A stretch of DNA of 64,000 nucleotides from NCBI GenBank assembly GCA_001782045.1, contig MFNK01000012.1:86890-150889 (forward strand). Reading direction: 5' to 3'. The DNA is from Candidatus Levybacteria bacterium RIFCSPHIGHO2_01_FULL_36_15b (GTDB lineage: Bacteria; Patescibacteriota; Microgenomatia; Levybacterales; UBA12049). Shown here piece by piece: positions 48,432 to 57,258 of this stretch. The position numbers and the translations under genes were made by a program. The notes beneath the pieces are model-generated. The model ran no database searches. It was given only the letters and a program-made list of their open reading frames with translations, and was not told the origin of the DNA. Position 1 is the first letter of the stretch. Each line of letters begins with the position of its first letter.

Positions 48432-48709
48432 TTGACAAGCCATTTTGTTTATGAAACTATTGAGCTAATGAGTCCGTAATTAAAACTTCCTCGTATCTCA
48501 AAGAAAGATGTAGCCACAAGCGTAGCTACAGCATTCGGAGCGGGAATCATTATATTCGGAGCAAGAACACTAGCTGAACAATTGACCAAAGAACAAATTA
48601 AAAAACAAGAAGAATTAGAAGATCAGAAAAAATCTACAGATGAAAATAATGATAATTACTTAAGCGGAGAAGCGTCTCAAATGATTCAAGAGAAATTAAT
48701 ATATGCACA

Positions 48710-49249
48710 CTAGTTCTTTTTATATTCCTCTTTAACTTCTTTCCCAAATTTTTCTAAAAGTTTTTTAACCTTAGGAGCAATCACAAAAGAACAATAAGGA
48801 TAACTCTGATTATTGTCATAATAATTTTGGTGATAATCTTCTGCTTTATAAAATTTTTCAAAGGGTTTAATTTCTGTAACAATTTTATCTTTATAACTTC
48901 TTTGGTGTATTAAAAACGATTTTTCTGCTATCTCTTTCTGTTTGTTAGAATGAAAAAAAATGGCAGATCTGTATTGGGTTCCGATATCATTTCCTTGCAT
49001 GTTTAAAGTAGTAGGATCGTGTGTTGCCCAAAAAACCTCAAGAAGTTTTCCATAAGGTATTATTTTAGCATCAAAAGATATTTGTACGGCTTCGGCATGA
49101 CCAGTATTTCCCTCAGATACAGCAGAGTAATTAGGGTTATCCATTTCTCCACCGCTATAGCCTGACTCAACTCTTTCTACCCCTTTTAGCCTCTTAAAAA
49201 TGGCCTCTGTGCACCAAAAACAACCCCCTGCAAACGTTGCGATTTCCAT
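48710..49249 (-). CDS. msrA: Peptide methionine sulfoxide reductase MsrA.
   Basis: Active-site GGCFWCTEA and GYSGG. Confidence 0.9.
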   Translation of the reverse strand: MEIATFAGGCFWCTEAIFKRLKGVERVESGYSGGEMDNPNYSAVSEGNTGHAEAVQISFDAKIIPYGKLLEVFWATHDPTTLNMQGNDIGTQYRSAIFFHSNKQKEIAEKSFLIHQRSYKDKIVTEIKPFEKFYKAEDYHQNYYDNNQSYPYCSFVIAPKVKKLLEKFGKEVKEEYKKN

Positions 49250-49348
49250 AAATTATATTATATAGCACAAACATGCCCTTTTTAATACAAAAACCACAAA
49301 TACTTACAGGATATTGCATTCTTAAAAAAAGATATGTTTAATTAGTCT

Positions 49349-49690
49349 ATGGTAGCAATCCTGCTCAATTGGGTAGTGAGCGCAATGGTCATATTTAGCG
49401 TGGCCTATATCCTACCGGGCGTACACGTTGCCAATTTTACATCAGCAATTGTTTTAGCTTTAGTGTTAGGTATAATAAATGCCATTCTCAAACCCATTCT
49501 ACTTATTCTTACTCTTCCTATAACTATTCTTACATTAGGCCTTTTTGCACTTGTTTTAAATGCATTGCTAATTTTACTTGCAGCAAGTGTTGTTCCCGGT
49601 TTTTCGGTGGACGGATTTATTTGGGCACTTGTTTTTGGATTAGTTCTTTCAATTGCAAACACAGTAGTTAACAATTTTTTACCAAAATAA
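49349..49690 (+). CDS. DUF360 / phage holin superfamily IV-like 4-TM membrane protein (YvlD-like).
   Basis: LPGVHV...LTLPITILTLGLF...VPGFSVDGF matches the family consensus as I recall it. Confidence 0.55.
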   Translation: MVAILLNWVVSAMVIFSVAYILPGVHVANFTSAIVLALVLGIINAILKPILLILTLPITILTLGLFALVLNALLILLAASVVPGFSVDGFIWALVFGLVLSIANTVVNNFLPK

Positions 49691-49711
49691 TTCAGAAAGG
49701 AGGTGAAATAA

Positions 49712-49921
49712 ATGAATTACATGAAAACGTTAAATCAACTTAGCTGGTGGTTACTTGTAATCGGAGGCTTAAACTGGGGATTAGTCGGCTTAAATGCAAG
49801 CTGGAATGTTGTACATATGCTTTTAGGAACATGGTCAACAGTTGAAATGTTAGTCTATGTACTAGTTGGATTGTCTGCCTTATATCAAGCAGCTCTTCAA
49901 TTGGGCTTAATGAAGAAATAA
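49712..49921 (+). CDS. DUF378-family small membrane protein.
   Basis: LLVIGGLNWGLVGL signature and a strong SD AAAGGAGGTG. Confidence 0.55.
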   Translation: MNYMKTLNQLSWWLLVIGGLNWGLVGLNASWNVVHMLLGTWSTVEMLVYVLVGLSALYQAALQLGLMKK

Positions 49922-49922
49922 T

Positions 49923-50918
49923 TTAAAGCGGTGAAGTTTTATAACTTCCAATCCTGCCTAAATTATCAATCATCCCTTCTTTTTTAAGAAGTCCTTTTTG
50001 TGCCCCAACTTGCTGTATTACAAAAGACGCGTCTAATGAGCCCCATACAAGTGCTTCTTGAATATTTTTATTCTCTAAAATAGCCGCAATAAATCCTGCA
50101 TTAAAAGCATCGCCCGCACCAGTTTTTTCAACAACATCAACTTTTATGGCTTCTAGTTGAAAATATTTACTATACTCATCCATTGCAAAAGAACCCTTTT
50201 CAGAATCTGTAATTATGATATTTTTCGCACCTAAACTTTTTAATCCAAAAAGAATTTTTTTAATTTCTTTTTTCTCATCTGACAGACCCGAATCTTTTCC
50301 ATAAAGCAAACTTTCAGCCTCTTCTTTGTTAACGAATAAATAATCAGACATCTCAATCAAGTCCATTACCAATTTACCCCTATCTTCAATTTGTAAAGTA
50401 CCGGGATTAAAAGCTAATTTTATTTCCTTATTTTTTATAAGTTTTAAAGCCTGTTCATATGGACTTTTCCATTCTTCTCCCAAACTTGTCAAATAAATAA
50501 ACGGGGCAGTAGTATGTAAAAAATTAAATGAATGAGTTCTTTCTACGTGTTCGCTTAATATCGTTCTTTCACTTTTATAATTTATGCAAACAGAAAATGA
50601 TGTAGGTTTATTTTCATCCTGTTTTAAAAAATTAGTATTTAAATTCTCCTTCTCTAAAGTTTTTATTAAGAAGTTTGAAAATTCATCGGTACCAATTTCC
50701 GCACACAAGCCAACATTTTTTCCTAACTTTGTTAATCCAACAGCTGTGTTTGCTGCATTTCCTCCTATATCCTTTTTATAATCTTTAACATTAATTTTTT
50801 GGCCAAAATCTAAAAGAAGGTGTTCTTTAGAACTGTCTAGATTAAAATGGGGATCATCGTCGGGTATGTTTAAAAAGATATCAATTTTAGCATCACCAAT
50901 ACACAAGATATCGAGCAT
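49923..50918 (-). CDS. PfkB-family carbohydrate/nucleoside kinase.
   Basis: C-terminal GAGDAFNAGFIAAIL and N-terminal GG motif (DIGGNAANTAVG). Confidence 0.8.
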   Translation of the reverse strand: MLDILCIGDAKIDIFLNIPDDDPHFNLDSSKEHLLLDFGQKINVKDYKKDIGGNAANTAVGLTKLGKNVGLCAEIGTDEFSNFLIKTLEKENLNTNFLKQDENKPTSFSVCINYKSERTILSEHVERTHSFNFLHTTAPFIYLTSLGEEWKSPYEQALKLIKNKEIKLAFNPGTLQIEDRGKLVMDLIEMSDYLFVNKEEAESLLYGKDSGLSDEKKEIKKILFGLKSLGAKNIIITDSEKGSFAMDEYSKYFQLEAIKVDVVEKTGAGDAFNAGFIAAILENKNIQEALVWGSLDASFVIQQVGAQKGLLKKEGMIDNLGRIGSYKTSPL

Positions 50919-50974
50919 AATTTAATGTTACAGTAAATATAAGTTGGCTTCAACAATTTGGTATAATATTATTA

Positions 50975-51331
50975 ATGGAAGCAGCAGAGCAGTCATCAAC
51001 AAATAGAGAGGTAGCTCAAGAAACTGCTTTCGTTTATATCCCCAAAGGTGTTCTTTATTACACATCTCTTAATAATCTTCGAATGGTACCAAATCGCGCT
51101 GAGCATAAAGCTCATTCAGAAGGAGCAAATTTTCATCACATAGAACTTGATCAAAATGGTAGATTCCTAACATTAAAAGAAACAGACCCCAATAATCCAG
51201 ACGAAAAGAATAGAGTGACAATTAAAGGAAGAGGATTATACGTTAAAGTTCAGTTAGGTGAAGAGTCATTTTGGGTGCCCTATAATAAACCTCCCAAAAA
51301 GAGTAGAAAACCTAATTACAGGTTCACTTAA
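50975..51331 (+). CDS. Hypothetical protein.
   Basis: 118 aa with no motif. Confidence 0.35.
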   Translation: MEAAEQSSTNREVAQETAFVYIPKGVLYYTSLNNLRMVPNRAEHKAHSEGANFHHIELDQNGRFLTLKETDPNNPDEKNRVTIKGRGLYVKVQLGEESFWVPYNKPPKKSRKPNYRFT

Positions 51332-51388
51332 TTTAATTCTCAGGCGTAGCTTTACAACTTAGAGTTCAAGGTTTATTATAAGTTCTGT

Positions 51389-51874
51389 ATGAATAAAATT
51401 CTTACACTCTTAACAAGAAATCTCAAAGAACAAACGGCTTTTGCGCACTGCGATATTCCTTGTGGAATTTATGATCCACATAATGCTCAAATGGCAGCAC
51501 ATACAATCATAAGAATGACTCAGTTTTTAAAAGATATAAAAAGAGAAGATGAAACTAAAGCAGAGCATGATATTGCAAGGGTAACTCATGTAAAAGAAAA
51601 ACACGCAAACATCTTGGAAGAGGAATTGGATACTTTACAAAATGATTATTTTAAGGAGGAGCATTTTAAAGAATATCCGCAACTAGAGCTGCTATTTAAA
51701 GACGCATTAAAGTTTTCCTCTAAGGCAAGACAAGGCATCGATATGGAGGCAGCGCAAAACACGTTAGAAAAAGTTTTAGAAATTTCAGAGATATTTTTTA
51801 AAACAAAAAATGTTACCCTAGTTAGGGTTAAATCAGTTTATCCTACAGAAGGCGAAATCGTAACCTACAAATAA
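51389..51874 (+). CDS. sodN: Nickel-containing superoxide dismutase precursor.
   Basis: Ni-hook HCDIPCGIYDP immediately after a ~19-aa propeptide (MNKILTLLTRNLKEQTAFA), in the characteristic pairing with the downstream SodX peptidase. Confidence 0.8.
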   Translation: MNKILTLLTRNLKEQTAFAHCDIPCGIYDPHNAQMAAHTIIRMTQFLKDIKREDETKAEHDIARVTHVKEKHANILEEELDTLQNDYFKEEHFKEYPQLELLFKDALKFSSKARQGIDMEAAQNTLEKVLEISEIFFKTKNVTLVRVKSVYPTEGEIVTYK

Positions 51875-52161
51875 TGCTCTTTCTTTCCAAATTTAAAATA
51901 ATAGGCCATTCAATGGAGCCTATGTTGAAGGAGGGCGATATTGTATTGGCAAGCTTTGTGCCTTATTTATTTCATAAGCCAAATATAGGTGATATTATAG
52001 TGTTCAAGATTAAAGATAAGTTTTTTATTAAAAGAATTAAAGAAATAAAAGATAATAAATATATTGTTAAAGGGGATAATAAGAAAGATAGTTTAGATAG
52101 TAAACAATTTGGGAGTATTGTGCAAAATCAAATTATTGCTGAAGTTATTTATAAAATATAA
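51874..52161 (+). CDS. sodX: S26/S24-type signal-peptidase-like Ni-SOD maturation protease (SodX-like).
   Basis: GHSMEPMLKEGDIV (Ser nucleophile in SMEP) and a downstream Lys. The start overlaps the sodN stop. Confidence 0.65.
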   Translation: MLFLSKFKIIGHSMEPMLKEGDIVLASFVPYLFHKPNIGDIIVFKIKDKFFIKRIKEIKDNKYIVKGDNKKDSLDSKQFGSIVQNQIIAEVIYKI

Positions 52162-52667
52162 TGGAGAATTTATTAATAATAGGAGTAATTTTATTTCTTC
52201 TTCTAATTCTTTCTTTTGTTTGGCCACCGGATAGTCCTTGGGCTCCATGGTGGAGAACATCAAAATCAACCGCAATAAGAATCTGCAAACTCGCAAATAT
52301 TAAAAAAGACGATTTAATCTATGATTTAGGGTCTGGAGATGGCACCGCATTAATTGTTGCAGCAAAAGATTTTGGCGCAAAAGGAGTTGGAATAGAAATA
52401 GAACCAACTAGAGCTTTAATTTCAAGATTTCTTATAAAGAAAAATAATCTTGAAGACAAAATTAAAATAAAAAGACAGAATTTTTTTACCGTTAATCTTT
52501 CCAACGCCGATGTAGTTTTTTTGTATTTAGTTCCTAAAACACTGGAAAAATTAATACCTAAGTTTAAAAAAGAATTAAAAAAGGGAACAAGAGTAATAAG
52601 TTATAAATATAAGATGAATCTTAAATTGATTAATAAAGACGAAGATATATTTCTTTATATTATTTGA
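52161..52667 (+). CDS. Class I SAM-dependent methyltransferase, membrane-anchored.
   Basis: Motif I YDLGSGDGTALIVAA and an N-terminal TM helix. Confidence 0.65.
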   Translation: MENLLIIGVILFLLLILSFVWPPDSPWAPWWRTSKSTAIRICKLANIKKDDLIYDLGSGDGTALIVAAKDFGAKGVGIEIEPTRALISRFLIKKNNLEDKIKIKRQNFFTVNLSNADVVFLYLVPKTLEKLIPKFKKELKKGTRVISYKYKMNLKLINKDEDIFLYII

Positions 52668-53601
52668 ATTTTAGAATAAGCCATCGAATTTTGTCTGCAA
52701 TTTTAAAAACAGAATAAAGAAATGGATTTATAACTAAATCGTAACTTCCCACAAATTCAACGAGTCTTGCTCCATACCCCTGCTTAAATTTATGAAATCC
52801 AAACCATGGATCATTTGGATCCGGATTTTCTCCTAAAGAACCCCACATATCAAATTTTTTTAAACCAAGATTTTTTCCAAATTTAATTGTTTCCCACATT
52901 ATTAAGTTGGAAGCCATTGTTTCTTTGTATTTTGTGCTTGATGCACCATATGGGTAATACAGCGTGTCACCTAAAACAAAAAGTATCCAGGCTACAATTG
53001 TTTCCCCATTAAAATCTGCTTTTAATAAATGGGCTGATAATTCATCTTTATTAGATTTTTGAAACTTTAATGTTTCCCACATCAGTTTGTGATATTTTTC
53101 TGTGTGTGCGTAAAATTTTTGTCTTTTTGTAGTTTCTTTTGAAAGTTTTAAATATTCACTAAACGCCTTGTCAGAATTATCCTCTGTAACTTTTACTCCT
53201 TTCTTTTCTGCAAGCCTAATATTATATCTAGTTTTCTGACTCATGTTCTTTAATAATTCCTCCTCACTTTTAGTTAAATCAAGAATAAAAGTATATTTTG
53301 TAAAAAGCGGGTGAGCAGCTTTTTTTAATCCCAAATTAAGCAATTTTTGCTCTATGGTTTGACTGTTTTCAACATTTGGCTCAAGTTGTATATAAATAGA
53401 TTTCTCAAGTCTGCCAATTTTTTTAAGCTCATCGATCATTTTTTTTACAGGAAGTTGCCCTTTTGGAAAATATCCGATTGTGCGCCCTGTTAAAGGAACC
53501 GGGTGAATAGTAACAATAAAATCATTTTGTTCCACGACTTTTATACCCGTTTTTATTCTAAATTTCGCCCATTTTTTAGATTGTAGAGGATGAGTACTCA
53601 T
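52660..53601 (-). CDS. FemAB-family peptidoglycan interpeptide-bridge aminoacyltransferase.
   Basis: 313 aa with a GNAT-like FemAB C-terminal pattern (YYPYGASS...NLIMWETIKF...FDMWG). Confidence 0.7.
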   Translation of the reverse strand: MSTHPLQSKKWAKFRIKTGIKVVEQNDFIVTIHPVPLTGRTIGYFPKGQLPVKKMIDELKKIGRLEKSIYIQLEPNVENSQTIEQKLLNLGLKKAAHPLFTKYTFILDLTKSEEELLKNMSQKTRYNIRLAEKKGVKVTEDNSDKAFSEYLKLSKETTKRQKFYAHTEKYHKLMWETLKFQKSNKDELSAHLLKADFNGETIVAWILFVLGDTLYYPYGASSTKYKETMASNLIMWETIKFGKNLGLKKFDMWGSLGENPDPNDPWFGFHKFKQGYGARLVEFVGSYDLVINPFLYSVFKIADKIRWLILKFK

Positions 53602-55469
53602 AAATATTCAGGAACATCATTGTCACGAGATAAATTTCTTTCAAAACTATTATCGGGTAATTCTAATATAAATCTCGAAACAATATTAGACGTTTTTTGT
53701 CCAAAGAAAAGTCTTTTTCTTGCGAATGAAAGAAAAAGTCTGTCTTTAGCTCTTGTCATTCCAACATAGCAAAGTCTTCTTTCCTCTTCAAGTTCTGCCT
53801 TTTCCATTAGACTGCGAGAGTGCGGGAAAAGCCCCTCCTCCATCCCTACCATAAATACGACAGGAAACTCCAGGCCTTTTGCTGCATGTAAAGTCATAAG
53901 GTTGACTGCGTTTTTTTTACCTACCTCATCCTTAACATGATCTGGCATATATTCCTGTTCTACTAAAGAAACATTTTCCAAAAAATTATCTAAATTAGGA
54001 AAAGTTAAGGCAACAGAGCGAAGTTCTTTTATGTTTTCAAGTCTTGCTCTGTCATCCTCATCCTTCTCGTCGTAAACAGAAAGATACTCGGTAGCACGTA
54101 ATACCAAATCCATTAATTTTAATGTTTCTCCCTCTTGCAAATGTGTGTCAGATAAATTGCTTTGAAATTCTAAAAACTTGTCAAATCTTTTTTTTCCAAG
54201 TTTTTCAATTCGCTTTATAGAAATTCTATCTTTAGGATTTGCAAGAATCTTTATATAAGCTAGAACATCTTTTATTTCTTTTCTTTCATAAAATCTTGTC
54301 CCTCCGATTAAAATATAAGGAATGCCTCTATGTATAAAAACCTCCTCAATGCTTCTTGATTGAGCATTGGTTCTATAAAGTACGGCAAAATCGGAATATT
54401 TTAAATGTGTGTTCTGGTACTTAATTTTTTCCATTTGCTCTATTATAAATTCTGCTTCCTTCTGTTCATTAATTGCTTCGTATACAAATAAGTCCTCTCC
54501 TTTTTCATTTTCGGTCCAAAGAGACAATACAGGATGAGTATTGTTTTTAGAAATTACACTTGATGCCGCATCTAAAATATTTTGAGTAGATCTATAATTT
54601 TGAGATAACGAAAAAGTTTTAACATTTTCAAAATCATCTTTAAACTTCGAAAGATTTTGAAAATCAGCACCCCTAAAACTATAGATGCTTTGAGAAAAAT
54701 CTCCGACTACGCAAACATTTTTCCACTTTTCCGCAAGCATCTTAGTTAAAAGATATTGAGAATGGTTGGTATCCTGATATTCATCGACCATAATATATCG
54801 GAATTTATCTTGGTATTTCTCAAGAACTCGTGGCTCTTTTCTAAAAAGCTCTACGGTTTTAAGAATTAAGTCGTCAAAATCAAGCGCACCATTTTCTTTC
54901 AACAGTTTTTGATAAATTACATAAACACGTGCGGCTACTTCTTGGTAATGACCCCTGGCATACGTAGGATAATCTTTGTCATCGATTAATTCATTTTTTG
55001 CTTGTGATATTAATGACAAAATGCTTGCTGGTTTATATTCTTTAGTAGATAATCCTAAAAGATTGAATGCTTCTTTTATTGCATCCTTTTGGTCTTCAGT
55101 ATCATAGATTATAAAATTCTTTGGAATTCCGATAATTTCTCCATCAATTCTAAGAATCTTGGCGCATAATGCGTGAAAAGTTGCAATTGTTGGAATTTCA
55201 CTGTAACTAACACCCCCACTTTTTAAAATCTCTTGAACTCTTTCTTTCATTTCATTAGCTGCTTTGTTTGTAAAAGTAACCATCAAAATATTAAATGGAG
55301 ATACTTCATTTGCAATTAAATTCACTACTTTAAAGGTCAAGACGCGTGTTTTTCCGGAGCCTGCTCCAGCCAAAATTATTATTGGACCATTAAGTTGTTC
55401 TACGGCAGCAACTTGCTCTTTATTGAGTTCCTTGAGAAAGTCTTTATTCATACCGTATAATAATACCAT
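53598..55469 (-). CDS. uvrD: ATP-dependent DNA helicase UvrD/PcrA (short form).
   Basis: Motif I AGAGSGKTRVLT, motif II VDEYQDTN and later SF1 motifs (GLEFP, VGMTRA). Confidence 0.9.
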   Translation of the reverse strand: MVLLYGMNKDFLKELNKEQVAAVEQLNGPIIILAGAGSGKTRVLTFKVVNLIANEVSPFNILMVTFTNKAANEMKERVQEILKSGGVSYSEIPTIATFHALCAKILRIDGEIIGIPKNFIIYDTEDQKDAIKEAFNLLGLSTKEYKPASILSLISQAKNELIDDKDYPTYARGHYQEVAARVYVIYQKLLKENGALDFDDLILKTVELFRKEPRVLEKYQDKFRYIMVDEYQDTNHSQYLLTKMLAEKWKNVCVVGDFSQSIYSFRGADFQNLSKFKDDFENVKTFSLSQNYRSTQNILDAASSVISKNNTHPVLSLWTENEKGEDLFVYEAINEQKEAEFIIEQMEKIKYQNTHLKYSDFAVLYRTNAQSRSIEEVFIHRGIPYILIGGTRFYERKEIKDVLAYIKILANPKDRISIKRIEKLGKKRFDKFLEFQSNLSDTHLQEGETLKLMDLVLRATEYLSVYDEKDEDDRARLENIKELRSVALTFPNLDNFLENVSLVEQEYMPDHVKDEVGKKNAVNLMTLHAAKGLEFPVVFMVGMEEGLFPHSRSLMEKAELEEERRLCYVGMTRAKDRLFLSFARKRLFFGQKTSNIVSRFILELPDNSFERNLSRDNDVPEYL

Positions 55470-55496
55470 CGCGTAGTAGGCGACTCAAGCCAAAGT

Positions 55497-56144
55497 ATGT
55501 TTTACATTGTAGCCAATTTTAAGTCATACAAAACACAAGTGGACGCAGAAAACTGGCTAGAGAAATTCAAGAGCCTTAAAATTGAAGAAGACAAGAAAGT
55601 AATTGTCTGTCCTCCATTTACACTACTCCCTTTGTTTAAAAGTTTTATAAAAGAAAACTCACTTCAACTTTTACTTGGATCACAGAATATTTCCCCTTTT
55701 GATGAAGGGCCATATACAGGAGAAGAAAATGCCAAGCAGATAAAAGAATTCGCGGATTATGTATTAATTGGACATAGTGAAAGAAGAGTAAATTTTAAGG
55801 AAGACGATAATGTACTTGATAAAAAATGTGAGGTTGCGTTAAAAAATGGGCTTGTGCCAATTTTCTTAGTTCAATCAGAAAAAGATAATATTCCAAAAGG
55901 AGTTGAAATAATAGCTTATGAACCCGTTTTTGCCATAGGCAGCGGAATACCCGATACCCCCGACAATGCTTCTGCGATCGCAAGTGTCATAAAGAAAAAA
56001 GGTGATTATAGGGTTCTTTATGGCGGAAGCGTAAATTCGGAGAATGTAAAAGAATTTAGTAGGGTAGATAATATAAGTGGAGTTTTAGTTGGGGGAGCAA
56101 GTCTTGAAGCAGATGAATTTATTAAAGTTATTAAAAATGCTTAA
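55497..56144 (+). CDS. tpiA: Triosephosphate isomerase (short, 215 aa).
   Basis: ANFK...LIGHSERR...AYEPVFAIGSG...GGSV motifs. Confidence 0.8.
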   Translation: MFYIVANFKSYKTQVDAENWLEKFKSLKIEEDKKVIVCPPFTLLPLFKSFIKENSLQLLLGSQNISPFDEGPYTGEENAKQIKEFADYVLIGHSERRVNFKEDDNVLDKKCEVALKNGLVPIFLVQSEKDNIPKGVEIIAYEPVFAIGSGIPDTPDNASAIASVIKKKGDYRVLYGGSVNSENVKEFSRVDNISGVLVGGASLEADEFIKVIKNA

Positions 56145-57258
56145 AAAAAATCCCCGCTTTATTGTTTTGGGAATACTAGTTATATTTGCAGCAATATTTG
56201 TTATAGCAAAAACTGCTAATTTTTATCCTTTCCTATTTAATCTTCTTTTTAATAAGGACATAAATCTTAAACAAGTTAATCCTCATAAATTAAACATACT
56301 TATTTTAGGAGTAGGAGGCGGAAACCACGAAGGTCCCAACCTAACAGACACAATAATGCTTGCCAGTATTGATGAGGAGAAAAATAAACTTACTTTAACA
56401 TCACTGCCTCGAGATCTATGGATTCCAGAGCTTTCGGGGAGTAATAAAAAAATCAATACGGCTTATTCTTACGGGGAATTAAAAAGAAAAGGTGGAGGTT
56501 TAAAGCTTACAGAGGCAGTTGTAAGAAAAGTTACCGGACAAAATATAGATTATGGAATAAAAATTGATTTCTCGGGATTTGTTGCTGCAGTAGATATTAT
56601 TGGGGGTTTAGATATAAATGTGGAAAATACTTTGGATGATTATGCTTATCCATTAAGCGGTAAGGAAGATGATACTTGCGGAAATAGCGATGAAAATATC
56701 AAAGAATTTATAGCAACAGGTCCGGCAGAACTTGAAATACAAGAAAAGTTTTCTTGTAGATATACACGTCTTCATTTCGATAAAGGGCCAACTCATATGG
56801 ATGGCGAAACTGCCTTAAAATTTGTGCGTTCAAGACACGCTTTAGGACTTGAGGGAAGTGATTTTGCACGAAGCAGAAGACAGCAACAAATAATCTCTGC
56901 TTTTAAGAATAAAGTTTTTTCGGCCGAAACCTTAGTCAATCCGGTTAAGCTAATTAATTTATATAACACGATTAAATCTAGTATTGATACTGATATTAAA
57001 TATGAAGAATTAGATGATTTTGTAAAACTTGCCCAAAAAATGAGCAAATCAAAAGTTGAAAGCGTTGTAATAGATTATGGAGATGAATCAAGTCAAAGAG
57101 ACGGATTACTTTTGGAAGCACCTATTTCAGAAGAGTATAATTACTTATCAGTTCTAGTTCCAAGGGTGGGAAATGGTAATTTTTCTGAAATTTCTAAATA
57201 TATTGCTTGCGAAATAGAGCAGGGAAATTGCAGGGTTACTCCAACACCTAAAAACTGA
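56089..57258 (+). CDS. LytR-CpsA-Psr (LCP) family cell-wall glycopolymer transferase.
   Basis: N-terminal TM anchor and LNILILGVGGG...DTIMLASID...LTSLPRDLW. The true start is probably the ATG at about 56137 (MLKKNPRF), overlapping the tpiA stop. Confidence 0.8.
   Translation: MGEQVLKQMNLLKLLKMLKKNPRFIVLGILVIFAAIFVIAKTANFYPFLFNLLFNKDINLKQVNPHKLNILILGVGGGNHEGPNLTDTIMLASIDEEKNKLTLTSLPRDLWIPELSGSNKKINTAYSYGELKRKGGGLKLTEAVVRKVTGQNIDYGIKIDFSGFVAAVDIIGGLDINVENTLDDYAYPLSGKEDDTCGNSDENIKEFIATGPAELEIQEKFSCRYTRLHFDKGPTHMDGETALKFVRSRHALGLEGSDFARSRRQQQIISAFKNKVFSAETLVNPVKLINLYNTIKSSIDTDIKYEELDDFVKLAQKMSKSKVESVVIDYGDESSQRDGLLLEAPISEEYNYLSVLVPRVGNGNFSEISKYIACEIEQGNCRVTPTPKN

Noticed and set aside
48432-48709. 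A possible small ORF or promoter (TTGACA at 48432) in the 278-nt gap before msrA. The longest frame translates to VATSVATAFGAGIIIFGARTLAEQLTKEQIKKQEELEDQK...
   Set aside because: The open frame has no ATG, GTG or TTG start after its upstream stop, so it cannot be called a CDS. It may be an sRNA or a remnant and is left unannotated.
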